Shown here: positions 11,707-23,868 of the stretch, one piece after another | Numbering within the stretch: position 1 is the stretch's first letter | How the letters are laid out: each line of letters begins with the position of its first letter | Assembly: GCA_964252035.1 (NCBI GenBank) | Contig: OZ176205.1 | Length of the DNA: 64,000 nucleotides | Strand: one strand, 5' to 3' | Origin: Podarcis erhardii | Lineage: Eukaryota | Position numbers and translations under genes: made by a program | Notes under the pieces: model-generated | Told to the model about the DNA's origin: nothing | Seen by the model: the letters and a program-made list of their open reading frames with translations, nothing else | Databases searched by the model: none

Positions 11707-13195
11707 ATTTGTAATTTGTAGGAATTGAAATCCTGAGCAATAGATGCAATATTTGCTACTCAAAACATTTCCCCCTTAAGCTTCTCCTCCCCCACCCCCC
11801 ATTTCTATTTGCAGTGTTAAAATATTCTCAGTTTCCCCCTCCTGTTTTGTCATTTCTGATCTCAAGGATTCATAATGAAATCCCAGGGAACAAATCTAAA
11901 TGGAATGATTAAAAGAAAAAATAGAGCTGTTCACCCAGCATGGTCTCTAAATTCAAAAAGAAATACTCGCACTCTTTGCATTTGATAGCAGATATCAGGG
12001 GTGTTGGGAAAGTTATTATTAACTTGAAGTCTCAATTCTATCTACACAAGTGTATCTGCAGTCAAAATCAGATCCTCAAGGAACTACCAGAAGTGCAAAC
12101 ATCAAGATAAACAAGGCAAGGATATACAGGAAAGATGCAAATCACATAGTATTCCAGACATTGACAACCTGATTTTTTTATATATGAAAAATAATGATTT
12201 GCAAGAGAATCATACAATTGGAAGATACCTAGTTGGGCATCTAATCAGAGGCAGCAACCAGCCTCTGCTTAAACACCCCCAGCATATATACACTGCAGCC
12301 CCGGGCCAAATCTGACTCCCCAGTTGCTAACCAGGAAGGGGGGGGGAATGAACAGAGTGTGACTGCACTGCATGTATAGACTTGCCAGCAGCCTACTTGG
12401 GGGAGTGTCAGTGGTAATCTGGCCTGCCATTATTACAGCAGCACCCCCACCCTCCCTGCAACAAAGCACTCCAGAGATTTAGAACAAATAGGGGTGCGAG
12501 ATGAAAACATACATTTCCTAGAAATAAAATATGAAAACAAAATAGGTTCAATAAAACTGATCCAGTGGTTTTTATAAGAGACACCTTATCACAAAAATTC
12601 ATATGGTCAAAGTTTGTGCATTTCACATCTGTAAGTTTTTACATTCAATGCGGTAACAAAAATGACAGGCTTAGGTTTAAGTTATTATTGGCCAAGGCTC
12701 TGGGACACTCTCATTCATCTGATGCCCATTGAGTTCTCTCAAGTAGGATATTGTGGCATAACTTAAAAGGTGTACTAACATTGCAGGATAAAAAAAATAC
12801 AGCCTGTAAACTCCAATCACTAAAATGCCATGAATAAATTAAGCTGATGCCCATAAACATAAAGGAAGACTGCCTTGGAAATTAGTAAAGTGCATTTATG
12901 TTGCCATTTAGAAAATATTCAGCATCAAGTGTGGAGTCTTACCTATTTTAATAATTTAAAGCGAGCTTTAACTTGATGGTCTATTGATGTTTCCTGAAAT
13001 AGCAAGCTGTCTTAACATTCATTAAAATGATATAAAAACGCGAAGAACAAGTTGTAAGCGCTGTCACCGTTAGTTACTTCTGAGGAATTCATTCTTCGCT
13101 TTATTTCTGCTAATTTTCTGCTCATACCACTATGGAAATGTACCATTAAGGGTGGTATCCCAACTAAACGGTTCTGCTAATTCAAGTACTTTTGG

Positions 13196-13355
13196 AATCT
13201 AGGAAGCCAGACAGTTACCCTAGTCCAACTTGCTTACTGCCTGGTAGTGGCTCTCTGGCATTTCAAGGCAGAAGGTCTCTCCTAGCTCTACCTAGAGAGG
13301 CCAGGGATTGAATTTAGGACCCTCTGCATGCAAAGGACATGCTGAGATCCTTCTG
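13196..13355 (-). mobile_element. degenerate Squam2-like SINE
   Basis: Similar to 6668-6848 (ctaggaagcc...ctctacctagagaggccagggattgaatttaggaccctctgcatgcaa). Confidence 0.45.
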
Positions 13356-13718
13356 GAGAGCTGGGGAAGACCTCAGAAAGCCTCAGGATAAATGGAGGGA
13401 GCAAAGTTTCATTGCACAGCAAAAGTCAATTACACTAGTAGAACTGCTTACCTGAATACCACCCTAAATGTATAGCAGTAGTCTTCAGTAGTTCAAGCAG
13501 GGACCCACCTTTAATCAAAAACTGCAACACAGGACCCACTTTCAATCTTTTTATCATATCTTTCTCACTTCTCCTTTGTCATTTTCTTTTTTTAAAGTAA
13601 ACAACAACAACAAAGAATTTTGTGGTGTGTTGTAATGGAGTCATTGCTGGGATCCACCTTGGATTGGGGATATGACTCAGTTATGGATCCCTTTGCATTA
13701 GTGGAACACTGATACTCT

Positions 13719-13856
13719 CAGTGCTTCCCAAACTTGGATCGCCAGCTATTTTTGGACTACAACTCCCATCATCCCTAGCTAACAGGATCAGCGGTCAGGG
13801 ATGATGGGAATTGTAGTCCAAAAAAACAGCTGAAGACCCAAGTTTGGGAAACCCTG
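13719..13856. mobile_element. palindromic hAT MITE, same core as 136-270
   Basis: TIR CAGTGCTTCCCAAACTT / AAGTTTGGGAAACCCTG and core GGACTACAACTCCCATCATCCCTAGCT...GGGATGATGGGAATTGTAGTCC. No clean TSD. Confidence 0.85.
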
Positions 13857-14014
13857 TTCTAAACCAATGAGCAAGTGGACTTTCCAGCAGTCTGCCGTTA
13901 TCAAACCATCTTCCTTTATGGTTAAACTTGGCCGCTGTTTCCCCTATCAGTAATGAATGACTTTAAATCTTGTACCCCTGTACCAAGTTCATATGTGTTG
14001 TCTTGTTTCTGCAG

Positions 14015-14152
14015 AATGTAACTGTAGCCGTTTTGGCTCAGTCCATGATCGCTGTAATGAAAGAGGAATTTGTGAGTGTAAGCAGGGAGCAACAGGGCCT
14101 AAGTGTGATAAGTGTCTGCGGGGATATAACTGGCACAACCAGGGTTGTCAAT
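14015..14152 (+). CDS. NTNG1: NTNG1 laminin-type EGF exon (138 nt): (E)[45 protein letters not shown]
   Basis: Acceptor tcttgtttctgcag|AA, donor CAAT|gtaagt. Phase 1/1, 8 Cys in LE spacing, in frame with the flanking exons. Confidence 0.96.
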
Positions 14153-14509
14153 GTAAGTAACTGCCCTACATCTGCCCTCCTCCTCCTCCTCCCCCCTTCC
14201 CCCCACCCTTTGCTGCTTGCGCTTCTCTGTGCCAATGTGTGCAGTCCCTCAGCACTTTTTTTTTAAAAAAAGAAGAGAAACCTTTCTGCAAGGTCTCAAA
14301 ACTCCTTCAAGCTGAAGTTTAATGAAAGCACTCAAAAGGTAGCAAATTGGCTATGCAATTTCTTTTCCCCCTGTTGGGGGTTTGCAGTCATTTGGGAGAG
14401 GGGGTAATCTACTTTGGGGGGGGGTGTCACATGCAAACACTGAACAGAATGGGAGCCATTGGAAGGCATTGACAAAGGTCACACACCGTATTGAATGTGG
14501 CATAAGTCA

Positions 14510-14670
14510 TGGTAATTTGTTAAGGGTGCTGAGAAGCATTAGAAGGGGACACCTCACAGAGCCACAATTCCCAGCACCCTCAATGAACTACAGTTCCCAG
14601 GATCCTTTGGGGGAAGCCATGACTGTTAAAAGTGGTAAAATTGTGCTTTCAATGTATATGGATGTGACCA
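14510..14670. repeat. unclassified dispersed repeat; related copy at about 54430-54555
   Basis: Both copies share ctcacaga...ccct(c/t)aat.aa.tacag.tcc...ctttggg.gaagcc. Confidence 0.45.
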
Positions 14671-17310
14671 AAGCCTGGGAGGAGCCCAAGCCTAATATTG
14701 GCAGGGACAGAGCTTTCACTTTTCTCCAGATTCCTCCTTGTCATTCACATGAAATTAGGCCAAGGACCATATGAAATTGTGTCCCAAGGTTGCCCACACA
14801 GAGAAGCTCCTAAGTAAAGGTCTGCTTACCAAGTGGTTCACCAAGCCATGCAGATGTAACATGTTTCAAAGTCACAAACATAGTATTCTTCAAATATAAT
14901 GCAAACCATGGTTAGCTTTAAACTGGAGCTTTAAAGCAGGTTTGTAAACCATCATTAAAACTAACTATGGTTAAGTGTTAACCTCAGTGTAGAAATAATG
15001 CTAACGCCAGTATATACTGGAAAGGGAAAGGGGGAAGGACTTTTAAGTAGGAGAGAAGAGGGAAGGGGACTAGTATATGAGCCAAAGGGGCACACCCACT
15101 GTTGAGCATGGGAAATATTAACTGTGCCACTGGGCCAATATAGTGCAGCCTTCCTGGTGCTTGAAGGTGCATTTGCAGTGCAGGGTGGGTGCAAAAAAAC
15201 AGGAGCTTAATTGAGAAGTAGAAACAAGAATGGATTTTCAGGTAGGTGAAATGCAATTATCCAATTAGAATTCATCAACTTCTATAGTCTTGCAGTGGAA
15301 GTCTCTGGAGCAGAGTGAGCTATTCAGAGCAAACATTTCATTAAACGCATCTTGCCTAGCTCTCCATTAGTGGATTATCAAGAACAAGCTTTGATTTGAT
15401 GTGTTCATTACTTGATGTTGTGTGCTTTATGCTAATGTATTTTCATTTGTGCCTTGTTTATTGGCTATTTGCCAGTTCCACCCTGTGCATTTCCCCTCAT
15501 CTTCCAGCAAGCATGCAAAATCACCTTCATCTTCTAAAGTTAGGGTGCATCCTAAATCTACAATGGTGTACTAAAGGTTACATGAGTTGGGCAACCTTTA
15601 GGCAAGTTAGCATCAATATCCTGTCCCTCCATCCTCCCACACCTGGAAGTGGGTTCCTGCAGAGTATTAATTGTCCCATGCTACCTCTGTCTGTCTCAAG
15701 TACTTAGTGAAGTACAAGAATAGTTTGGGGAGTGGTGGGTCCTTCGGTAGTTTTGTAGGTTTGGCACATATGCAAAGGTAAACTTGCAAGCCTCTGGCGC
15801 TCTTCCTGGTAGCTTGCTTTGAATGCAGGGGCATTACATTGTTTTGACTAGATGTCATTTGGAAATCTCTTGAGATTATCTTAATACTACATCCTTGCTC
15901 CTAGTGCAACTGCTGAAGGTTCCACAAGATCTAACAAATGATTTCATTGAATTGCCTCTCATATCAGAACACCACCATCCCTCAGAATGCAAGTCCCTTC
16001 TTTCTACTCATTATACATTTATCAAACATAATGGAAGACTACTCCAACTCTAAAGTTGCATGTATGCCTATATCTCCCATGGAAAGGTGTTTGACTTTGA
16101 CTGCATCACATACTAAATTTTGATAATGTGGGAGACAGCAGAGACAGAAGGGAAAGTGGGGATTCCATGGCAAGGGACAAATGTAAACAAATGCAGTTTT
16201 AGCTACTCAGAGTTCAATTAAGTTGGGGGTATTGCATACAGCATTAGCCTAAAGGCAAATCAATATGCAACATGAGCTGCTGGTAGAGGTTCAAGTTATG
16301 GTAAGCAACAACCCCTGATAACACTGGTTCTGTTCCCAATGCCTATGGAACACCAGGTGAAACCTCATTTGTCTTGAATCTAAATATTTGTCAGTGCAGT
16401 AACATCCAGTTAGATTTTGATATATTTTTAGGTTACTGAGAGGCTGCTGTTGTACTGTTTCTGATTTATGCTTTTATACTGTAATCTGTCCTGAAACCCC
16501 CAGCAGTAAGTAGAGTTCAAAGAAGGTGCAAATCAGCACCTTCAAGGTCCACCATTTGTTACACATTAATAGCTGCCCAAAACTGCAACCGGATTGGGAC
16601 CTTGGCATGTAAAAACAGCTGCTATTGATTTGATTAAATTCACACTGACATTTTCAATTGATCAACACTTTGGATTGAGTTAAGCTATAGCCCCTGTTCC
16701 AAAAAAGTTTACTTAGCCAAGACAAGAGTCAGACCAGGGGTTTCAGAGGAGGCTACAGGAGGTTCACAGACAGACAGATGAGTGGCCAGAAAATCTGAGG
16801 TGGTGTTTTTCCCATAAAATATATTTTAAAAAAATTATATATATTTCACCAAGAACTAGCCTTCAAATTAGCATGAATTTTGAAGTGTTTTGATGTCAGC
16901 TTGTGCTACCTATAGGTCTTCTGCCTGATTCCCTGTTTTTCAATCCCGGACTCTGTAAACTTTATAATCAGCTCCTTTTCATGTTCACTTCATTTATTTC
17001 TCAAGGAAATTTATTATAGTAGTACAGAAAATTACAAGAACAGCAACAGCAGCAACATCTCTCTAATGTGCTATAAAGACTCCCGAAAGATTACTTGCAT
17101 GAGCATGCAAAGCATACACTCAATAAAAATCCTTGTCTCAGCTGAAACTAAGCCATAATGACGACGAGTAGAATATGTGTAGCACGGGCAAAGTTAATGA
17201 AGACAGAGCCAGAGAACTGGTGTTATGCAGAACTGGGGGGGGGGGGTATTCTTTTAAGGCAGAACCCAAAAACGGGGAAGAGAGGGGGCAGTGGGTCTGC
17301 TGTGAGGTGT

Positions 17311-17449
17311 NNNNNNNNNNNNNNNNNNNNNNNNNNNNNNNNNNNNNNNNNNNNNNNNNNNNNNNNNNNNNNNNNNNNNNNNNNNNNNNNNNNNNNNNNN
17401 NNNNNNNNNNNNNNNNNNNNNNNNNNNNNNNNNNNNNNNNNNNNNNNNN
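17311..17449. other. assembly gap (139 N)
   Basis: Run of N. Confidence 1.
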
Positions 17450-17761
17450 AATGAATAATGAGAATGAGGAAATATAAGGACCCATGGCCTCAGTCACACT
17501 TGCATCTAAGCATGCATATGAACTTAACAAACATATGTAATGAAATATTTAGTTCAGAGACAGTGTGCAACGGAGAGGTTACATTTTACAATAGTATGTT
17601 GGAAAATCAGTACTTGGATAAAAGTCAAAAGCTTAACATCAACAAAACGTACAGTTTTATTGCAAAAAAATATATAGATATTTATTACTATGCATTCTTC
17701 TGCTGAAGGAAGAAGAATTGATGAAGCAAACAGCATGTAAATTGGATTGGTAGTATGTTTT

Positions 17762-17849
17762 TGCCTGGGGCAGAAGGAATGGTGAGAGACACCAAATGAA
17801 TAAGTGCCTGGGGCAGAAGGAATGGTGAGAGACACCAAATGAATAAGTG
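17762..17849. repeat. perfect 43-bp tandem duplication
   Basis: tgcctggggcagaaggaatggtgagagacaccaaatgaataag at 17762-17804 and 17805-17847. Confidence 0.95.
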
Positions 17850-19595
17850 GAACCTAATTTGCAAGAGGAAAGGGGAGGGGAACAAGATTATGTGTTACTA
17901 GCAGGCAAAATGCAATAACTGGGGTCAATGTACTTTGATGGATATGCAAAATGACAGTGAGGCTGATCTCAGAAACAAAGGATAGTGTGGAAGGTCCTTT
18001 GGGGTGAAGTCATGGTCAAGGGAATGGGCCTGCCTAGAGAACCCTACAAACACTAGCTGTATTTACAATAGGCACATGCATGTTGAAGAGGAGTCCTTGC
18101 TGTTACATCAACCTAATGCAATTTGAAATTTGGCCTTCTGTCATGAATCTAAGTAAATATCCCTGCTCACAAGGTTGGGTCATTCAGACACAGCTGCCAA
18201 TTGCATAGGATGCATAGTGGTTCCTTGGTGGCTGCGGATATGTCTAAAACATACCTTACAGAGCTCTGGTTCTGCCCAAGAACTATCCCTCCAGCACATT
18301 CCCCTGTAGGCCAAGTTCTCATCTGCATAGGCAATCTGCTTCTGCAAGGCTCAACTAGATGTTATTATATGCAATTATACCTATGAGGTTTCTGGTGTTA
18401 GAAATGCTTTCAAGGAGACCTCCTGTATCAGTGCAGCATAACAACATCTGTGTACCCTGGCAAAACAGGAGGTCTCTGTGTAAGCTACTGCATGGGCTAC
18501 AGCATCTGACAACTCATCCAGATCTGCAGAATTCTGGATTCTGTTTAGGCTAGTTGCTTTGTATATGTCTGCTGCCATTTGATTTAATTTATTAATATTA
18601 TGCCTCAAGGGCCAATAATGTTCATGCAATATCTTATTCTACAGATTTTACTTACTATTTTAATTTGATGTTAAGATTACAAGCCACAGGACACCTAATT
18701 CATCACATGCATCCATGGACCTCTGCAATATAAAGTTGTTACTGATTTACTGATGTGAAATGTTCAAGGCAAATTTGTAACCATAGACAGCATGGATGGA
18801 AGATGTTACCGAAAATTGACAGTGGGTGTTATCTGCTATCCTGCTGTTAGTCGGGGGCAGGGGATGAAAGTGTCCATTCAATAAGCACAGCTGGTAGGGT
18901 CTGGGACCAGGGTTGCCACCAAACTTACCTACAGCAACATTTTATGGTCAACTTGAAAGTTCCTACACAGAAGAAATCCCAAGGAATTTTGAAGGAAGCA
19001 AAGAGTTTTAGTAAGTTCTTTTTAAAAAATGTCAAGGGTGCTTTACATATTCCCTGTATCCCTATTGCAATGTCCTTTCTTATGGTAGTAGAGATGACCC
19101 GTGTGAATATAGGATTTATACCAAAGAATCAACACCCTATACCGTGTTTTTATCTGTTGATTCTACACTACTATCTTAACAAAGAAGAGCAGACAAATAA
19201 ATAATGACATTGCACATCTGAGGATTTCTTTTTCTGATATGTAGATAGAAACAACTTCGAAAGATGTGTCACATCACCTGCTTTAACATTTCACCTGGAG
19301 GGAATCTGTTGCACATTTCAGTAGTGTATGTAACAGTTTTTTGAGTTTTTCATTTGTAATATTACATATCCCTATGTTTCAAACAGAGACTAGGAAATAT
19401 GGGGAAAATCAGAGTCAGAATTGCTAAATCTTAAACCTCTCAGGAGGCAGCTTCCAGAGCAGTGACCCCAGTAGAAGCTTCCATGGAAGTGAAGCCCAAT
19501 GTGAGAATGAGGCCTCTATCTCTGTTTCTGGATGAGGCACATTTGCTCTTCCTCCTAGTTTCCAAATGACTTTTCTCTAAAGCTGCTGGCAACCC

Positions 19596-19600
<5 letters not shown>

Positions 19601-19628
<28 letters not shown>
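19601..19628. repeat. (CA)14 microsatellite
   Basis: Read directly from the sequence. Confidence 0.95.
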
Positions 19629-19768
19629 TCCATGCTCCTAAGTCAAGTAAGAACAAAAGCTTTTCCAAAACGGTTGGAGTGCATGTCTGCATAAGAGGGC
19701 ACAGATGCCTTATCCTCCAAGAAGGCTCCCTTCCAGGAAGTCAAGACTCCTTGCCAGATTATATAAAG

Positions 19769-19897
19769 GAGGGGTGGGAACCTATAGTCCTCCATACATT
19801 TTTGGACCATGACTCCATCACCCCTGGCAAAAGCTGGCTGGGGCTTGTGGGAGTTGTAATCCAAGACACCTGGAGATCCACAGGTGCTCTATCCCTG
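19769..19897. mobile_element. degenerate hAT MITE of the GGACTACAACTCCC family
   Basis: Ends (g)AGGGGTGGGAACCT ... AGGTGCTCTATCCCTG. 8-bp TSD atataaag/gtataaag (7/8). Confidence 0.7.
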
Positions 19898-22800
19898 GTA
19901 TAAAGCATCAGTCAACACCAAACACCTCCAGTGCCTCTGAGTCTCCTTTCTGGCCTAAGCCTGTAGTTTGGGGAGCTCTCCATGGTCCTGACTCTTATCT
20001 GCCTTTATTGCATTACACCACATCTGACTGGAATATACCCACAGACTCCAGCCTGGAACAAGAAGAGGATGTGGTTTTATTAACACTGAAGGCAGAGCTA
20101 TTTGCAAGTTTCACTTGGGGCAAGTGTCTCCCAGTGTTGCACATTAAAACACTGTTCAGGTGACTACTCTGCATAATATTAAGTGCTGAGATAGCTGGCT
20201 TGCATGGCAATGGTCAAGATTAAGAAACAATGGTTTACCTAAAGCCACTCAATGAATTAATGACTGAATTGAACTTGATGCCTAGGAGTTATCAGCTCAG
20301 TTCTCTTAGAAATTTTACTTCACTCATAACCATGTATTTAACCTTTCTACGCATTTGCGGTCATATATGACCTCAATGGGATATAAAACTGTAAAATATT
20401 TGCCCCCTAACACGTGTGACTTCATTCTGCCTGTAAAATGGAATAGTTCATTATTTGGAGGTGTTACAAATCACATCCTTTCCCTACTGTGCATTTTTTA
20501 TCCCAACTAAACTGAATTAGGGATGCAGGCATGAAACACTGAACGTCTATGGCCCTGTTATGAAAATTCTCATTTATGTGCAGAACATTTAGATAAAGTG
20601 TTAAGTATTATTTATTGTATTCATACCACCAATATATAAAGAAATTATCTTTTAGAGATCCCAGATTACATTCCTGCATACTTCTAAACTGTGCTCTAAA
20701 CAATAATCTGTAATACAATTTTTTGTTTTGATAAAGATGGCCTAAATACATTTCATTCTAACAAACAAAACAGAAAAACTTAATTTGGTTCCATTTGACA
20801 AAATAATATCAATAAAGTGTAGTAGTTGCTTTAGTGTAGTGAGTTAAATGGCACATTTGTTCAGCTCTCACTATGATCTGTTGTTGCAATGCAAATAAAC
20901 ACTAATTTAGCCACACAGGAAACTTTTATAACATGTCTGACACTTGTTGCAACACTCTAAGTTGGAAAAATGTGATGATGCCCTGAAGCTGCACTTATGA
21001 ATTTACCATCAAATCTTTTAAGTGAAGGCAATCTAGTGGAGTTATTATATGAGGGCTTCATGCCAATTGGAGAACAAAATGTGTCCCAGGGGCTGGTTCA
21101 ATAAGTTGACTCTGGCCAGGAGATACATTGGTCTGCTCTAGTAATGCTGTTCTTATGGATCTTTAAAAAAACAACACTTCATTTCCATACAATCTCATAT
21201 GTTGGCCTTACATCAGTCAGAGTATAATGTGTTGCCATGAATGTAGTACCATACTAGAAATGCAACTAACAGTTACCTGTAAGACTTCAGTATAGGCAAA
21301 GAAGCATAATTTTTCACATCTGTTGAGGTAGATGTCTCAGACAATGGTCCCAGTGAAGTATGACCTTTTCTTAGGAGGCTGTCAACTCCCCTAGATTGTC
21401 TCAGCAGAAACAGAAGGGGATTTTATGCCCTCTCCCCAAATTAAAAAATACAGTTGTATCCAGTGCAGTTGTCCCATTAGCACAAAGACTTCCTCCTGCA
21501 CATCAGGACTCCCTCTCCCTGTGCGCCTTCCACCCACCCCCAAATCTAGAGGGGAGAGAGAGGGAGCCCATGGTGGGAGTTCTTGAACTAACAGGATGAC
21601 TTCGTTAGATGCAACCCATAATGTTTGGATGAAGTTCACTGCTGGAGGAGAGGCATTCAGCTTTGCTGAAGGTCCCAAGCATCTCCAGTTAAAATAACTT
21701 TTGGCTGCAGGGCTAGGAAAAGCCCCCTTTCTGCTTCAGACCTCCACTGCTACTCCAATAAATTTTATTTATTGCATTTAAAAAATATTCTGTCTTGACC
21801 TTTAACATAAAAATTTTCAGACAAATGGCAGGTTCATATGTTCATTATGTGTTTGTTTATCCATATCCTTGCAATCCCATCCCCACAGCCAGTGACTCAG
21901 GTTTAAGCCAGGAAGCTCCATGAGGGTACTTGCTCAAATTATGGTGAAATATTAGATATACCCACTCACAAGTGTACAAAGATTACAATCCAAGGAAAAG
22001 GCCATCTTCCTTTTTCAGCAGAGTCACATGAGAGTTATTGGCACTTCTGTAGCATGCAAACAATAATGAATGTATAAAAAGTTAAACAAGGAGCCTGTTT
22101 CTTCTCTTCAGAAAGTATAATTTTTAAGCGGTTAATACTTGATGGCTTGGTAATAAATATTTCAATACAAGATATGGCAATCAGAAGTAGCTTGGAATGA
22201 AAATGCAAAGGGAGCTTAGAACAGAAAGAGACAGAGCTTCTAATAGGTGCATGAAATAAAACAGCTTGAAAGATTAAAACAACAATTGCTATGTTGGACT
22301 GCAAATCTATTGAAGGGGAAATTATAATGTTTATTGAGAAGAATTATTCATTGCTCATTTAAGCAAAAGCAGGCATGGGCAGCTCGTATTGTGAAATGAC
22401 AGGTGGGCAGACATTACTGTAAAAGTTTGTCCTCAGTAGGAGTTGTGAAATTAAGCTTTGTATAAACTGCTTGCTCATCACTGACTTAGAACAGGTACAA
22501 AAGAATTCCCAACAATCCAGCAATATATAAACCTAGCATTAAGGGCAGATATGAACTATTTTTAAAAAGTCATTATTATTAAATTCCATTGCATTTTTTA
22601 AAGCCAAGATCATTAAAAGGAAATGTTGCTAGATATGGGGTATGTCCATGGATGGAGCCCCCCAGTTTGTGGCAAGTCTGGTGGCAGAGCAACTTCACCT
22701 AAGGTGGACAGCTATTTCCCCACCCCCCAACAAGTCTACTACCTACTACCAAATACTATATCACAATACTACCCAAATGACAACGGGGCCACAATCAGAA

Positions 22801-23171
22801 AGCAAACATGAATACTGTGCTAAAGGATTCTCCCTACTACCACCACCAAATGATGCAAATCAAATGGGGCAAACCCACCAGGTCACCATGTTCTATGGCT
22901 CACTGGCCCCTATCTGGGCCTTCGGACACAACCTTCCCCCTGGACTCCATTACTGGGGTACCCTGTAATTTTGATTGTGGAGAAAGGGTGTGGGACCCAC
23001 CCCCTTGGCTAAGGATCCAATCCAATGCCTCTTTCCACCAAAACGTTGTGACAGTTGCTATGAGGAAGACAAAACCCCAAGGCAGGCCCAATTTTGGGGC
23101 AGCGGAATTCCTCCCTGGGGCTGAATATGGTGACTCATCAACCACAACAAGGTGATACATGTGTGCTACCC

Positions 23172-23311
23172 ACTTACCTCTGGGCAGCAGTCTCATGCTG
23201 CCTGCTGTCTGCTCCCAGCACAGCTGGTTTAAATGCTGTGGCAGTGGACCAGAGTGAAGCCTGGGTCCATTGCCAGAGCCCCGCCCACCCAAATGGCCAT
23301 GATTGGCCAAT
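23172..23311 (-). promoter_or_regulatory. candidate antisense Pol II promoter plus first-exon splice donor
   Basis: In minus-strand order: ATTGGCCAAT (23302-23311), GGGCGGGG (23279-23286), ATTTAAA (23228-23234), AG|GTAAGT (intron side 23177-23172). Confidence 0.35.
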
Positions 23312-23868
23312 TCAAATAAAATTCAGTGGTAAATCTCGTTGACCCCAGAAGCCAGCTGAGGCTGATGATGGAGTCAGCCAGGTGTGCAGATAAGAACCAG
23401 CTGCTAACGGTAAGCAGTCTTTACTGATTTTACAGACAGGGCATGCTGAGCTTAGTAGAAAACATATCCCATACTAAAGAAAAAACTAAACATGAGCTGT
23501 AAGCATGGAAACCGGTGTCATACACTGTTACTTAGAAGTGAGTCCCATTCAGTTTAATGACATATACTTCCTCCCAGGTAAGTGGATATAGGATTGCAGT
23601 CTGAATCTCTTTACTTGCCTCTGTTCAGGCTATTTCAACAGCAACAAAGAAATACCATTGGCAACAAAAAAGAAAAATTAAGGCAGCTCTACTACTAGCA
23701 TTTAGCCGGGAATTAAGTGCTATGAACAGTTTAAGCCTTACATCTCAGTAAATATTGCATGGGATTGGGCTACATAAGTGTGAAGCAACGGACTGCATTT
23801 TTGAGAGCTACGGACAGATCGTTCCAAATACAAACAGGAACACGCAATCTCTCAAACATGTTCACAGA

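Noticed and set aside
14382-14774. 130-aa ORF
   Set aside because: Runs through a dispersed repeat, with no recognisable domain or splice context.
17138-17530. ORFs spanning the N run
   Set aside because: Artefacts of translating the assembly gap.
22642-23342. Cluster of overlapping 80-136 aa ORFs
   Set aside because: No recognisable homology. Long ORFs are expected in this GC-richer block.
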